A DNA stretch of 64,000 nucleotides, taken from assembly GCA_964016885.1 (NCBI GenBank), contig OZ024743.1, positions 125,798,001 through 125,862,000 on the forward strand. Direction: 5' to 3'. The position numbers and the translations under genes are program-made. Positions 60,938-64,000 of this stretch are shown here, piece after piece. The DNA is from Eledone cirrhosa (lineage: Eukaryota). The notes beneath the pieces are model-generated. The model saw only the letters and a list, made by a program, of their open reading frames with translations, made no database searches and was not told the origin of the DNA. How positions within the stretch are numbered: the stretch's first letter is position 1; each line of letters starts with the position of its first letter.

Positions 60938-62604
60938 ATTATTAAATGTTTAGCGCATCTTTATTAGTGGACAGTTATTTGTATAAACTTTGCAGTAAAC
61001 TAAAGTAAAGGCTTTAATTTTTAATGTAATGTAGTCATAGTGCTGTTTTGTAATTTTTGAGAACATCTTGTTAATCTGGTTTCATGTGGTACAAGGCATT
61101 TAGAGTTTTTATGTTAATTATTTTATTTCATTCAATTTAATGTCTTATTAAAATTTGGGTATGGGGCTGCAATGTTTGGAGAATTCTATAAGAGTTTCAC
61201 AATAAGTTTATATCACTGCCATAGATTAAACCTATGTTTTTAAGTGTCACTGCATACATACATAAACTAATCTAATTTAAAATTAAAATGTCTCAACATA
61301 AATAACTATAGCAATAGTTGATCACTATTAATTATCATTATCATCATCACCATTTAAACCTTTAGCATTTACATTACTCTATATTTACTATTGTATTTTC
61401 ATATGATCACACATAATATCGAATCTATGAGATTTTTATATTATTTATTTTGAGAACAATACCTTAACATCAGTATGAGCAGCCAGTTACACCTGGTTTG
61501 AACAGAAAGATGTAAAAGAATTCTGGCTGGATATGGCCAGTTTAAATGCTAATGGGTTAATGTTCATTTTTCCACGTTAGCATGGGTTAGAAAATAATTA
61601 AGAAAATCTGATAAAGTACTTCTAGAGATGGAAAAAAGTGTATGCCCCTTTGCTCATTTATTTTCATCTCCAAGGGTACTTTACATGATTTTCTCTATTA
61701 TTAATTGTAATCAACTATTGTTGTAATCATTTACATTAGGTTGACTCCATTTCAAATTTCAAATTTTCTCAATGTTTCTTAAGTCAACTGGATGCTCAGA
61801 ATCTAATTTCATTTAAATTAGTTTATTTATGCATATGGTGCTGGCAAAGGAAACTTTTATTCTAAAGTACATTATAGCTTCCAAATACACACTACTTAGC
61901 ACATCAATAATTTTTGAAGTTATATATAAGTTATGTATATAAAGCAACTAACATTACTTGCTCTATTTTGTTTGACTGCACATGAATACTTATGGTTGGG
62001 CAGTTAACAATAGGGAGCGCATTTAGCTGTAAGAGCTTATACACCCACAAAGAAACATCCCATCCACGCGAGCTTTGGAAAGTGGGGTTAATAAAACAGA
62101 TATTTTAGAAAATAATGTAAGAAAGAAAATGTTTTAAAGAAATTTACATAATTTTTCTTGTTAAATAATGTATAAGAAATGTTGCTAATGGTTTTCAAAT
62201 ACTTTTGAAATACTTTTGAAAATAATCATAAATTTGGAGGAATTTAGTATTAAAACTAGCTTTTTCATTATCAAGTTAGTGTTTGAAACATAACTGAACA
62301 AAGGATCTTACATAAAATTATAGTGGATGTTTTTAGATAAATATAGACACTTGGTTTTGGTTGTTTTGAAATCAACAGGGTTAAATAACAGTTTTGGTGG
62401 GTGTTTCACTAAAAGAAGTACCTCCTGAGCACAGAAAAATTTGTACTCAGAGTTGAGGTGATTCTTGACATTTTGTCAGAAATCATCACTCTTCCTTTTT
62501 TTCACTGTTTTGTTAAGGAGGGAATTTTAATGTCCTAGACTGTTGTGGTGCAAGAAGAAAGATATTTAGTGGCAGTGGTGAGGTTGCCTGATGGACTTGT
62601 TCAT

Positions 62605-62642
<38 letters not shown>

Positions 62643-62653
62643 TAGTAGTAGTA

Positions 62654-62687
<34 letters not shown>
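62605..62687. repeat. (TAG)n microsatellite
   Basis: Direct reading. Confidence 0.95.
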
Positions 62688-62688
<1 letters not shown>

Positions 62689-64000
62689 ATGAAATGCAAA
62701 GATGATGAGTAACTTGTGAGTAAAAGAAGTTGATTTCAGTGAGTCAAGAGAGGCTTTGTCATTTCCAAGCAAACAAGACGTTATACTGACATGTTGTAGT
62801 GTGAAGCAATATTACCATGGGGGAAGATGATTTTCCCAAATTACATGGATAAGAATTAAGCAATGAACAAGACACTGCTAATTTTAATGTTTTTATATGT
62901 AACATGATTTACTTCGAAATCATGTGCAGCAATGAACAACAGAAAAAGATGTATGTGAGATGCAGTATGTTATGTGTACAAATGTAGTAATATTCACTAA
63001 CCTATGTTGATAACAATCTCAGCTAGTGCCGATCCCAGCAAGGCTGGCTAGCGAACGTGTGCAACAGTATATGTGATTACATTGCAAGGCTGAAGGAAAA
63101 CAAGCAATCTGTTTGTTGCAGAGTCAAAAAGCCGATTGCATCTGCCAGTCAAAAATCTCTTGTATATCAAAAGATTAGGCTGCCCAGTAAGAACTATTCC
63201 CTTCTCAGATATCCTGATGTTGTGAGCCTCTTAGAAGAGAACGTTATCTAAGTTTGTAACTCTGAGGTTGTAGGTCAGTCGTAAGGTGGTCGTTTGTGGC
63301 AGACTAAAAAAACCATAGTGGGAAAATGTGTTGATATACTCAAATTGGAAATGTGGCTTAAATATTTGTAATAAAGCAGATTTTACTGAAAGTACTCAAC
63401 AGTCAGGTGGTGGGGGCTAAACAAGGCAACAGATTAAGTCTGCCATCTGAGTCGACAACAGCAGAATTTAAACCCAGAACACAAATAGCTGGAACATTTA
63501 TCATAGGGCATCTTGTCTAATGCATTAACAATTCTCCCAATCCACTACCCTGGAATGGTACTTTATTTTATAGATCCCAAAAGAATGAGAGACAAAGTTG
63601 ATTTTGTTGGAAGTTGAACTCAGAGGTCACAAGGCTGATACAAATATTGCGAGTCATTGTGTCCTATGCTCTAATGACTCTGTTAGTTCATAGGCAATAA
63701 ATTAATTGTGTATGTGATGGTTGAGTTACTATGTGTGAACGTTTTATAAAGTCTGTTTAACTTTGTGTTAATAATGTGGAGATATTATGTAGTTAATCTT
63801 GAATTTAGGAGCTACCAAACAAGGTGACATGTAAGTTTTTAGAGTGAAAAACATGCTCAGATGTATTTAAAAATTTGTTGGTTATATACATTTCTTGAGA
63901 TCAAAATCAGCTCCAAAGTGCCTTGTAATGGAATTGTTTTTACTGGTCCAAAAACAGTTAATTTTAACCAATAGCATAGCATAATCAGATCATGTGACAT

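Noticed and set aside
62690-63300. Possible exon or transposase remnant
   Set aside because: No recognisable motif or convincing splice pair in the frames I read; BLASTX would be needed

Overview
AT-rich, repeat-dense animal genomic DNA. The SINE/RTE repeat content resembles octopus/coleoid cephalopod genomes, but that is an inference. The only host gene I can support is GTF2H2 (TFIIH p44/Ssl1) on the + strand. I reconstructed 13 phase-compatible GT-AG coding exons from 3026 to the TAA at 41978; they encode about 384 aa (vWA domain, C4 zinc finger, C-terminal RING-like C1_4 domain), and the start exon appears to lie upstream of the window. None of these exons is in the ORF track. Introns and the downstream 22 kb are filled with mobile elements: CR1-like LINEs, RTE LINEs of two young subfamilies plus old copies, R4/Dong-like RLE LINEs, an internally deleted Helitron with both termini, piggyBac-like MITEs, a probable solo LTR and several tRNA-derived SINE families. 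The most notable observations are (1) a complete C4-H-C3 PHD finger inside the reverse-transcriptase protein of the RTE LINEs, (2) a 22 x 33-bp array that amplifies a SINE Pol III A-box on one strand and a consensus splice donor on the gene's sense strand, (3) head-to-tail stacking of retroelements in each other's microsatellite tails, and (4) long inverted LINE pairs and short hairpins flanking GTF2H2 exons. There is no CRISPR or prokaryotic system here. All calls were made by eye.
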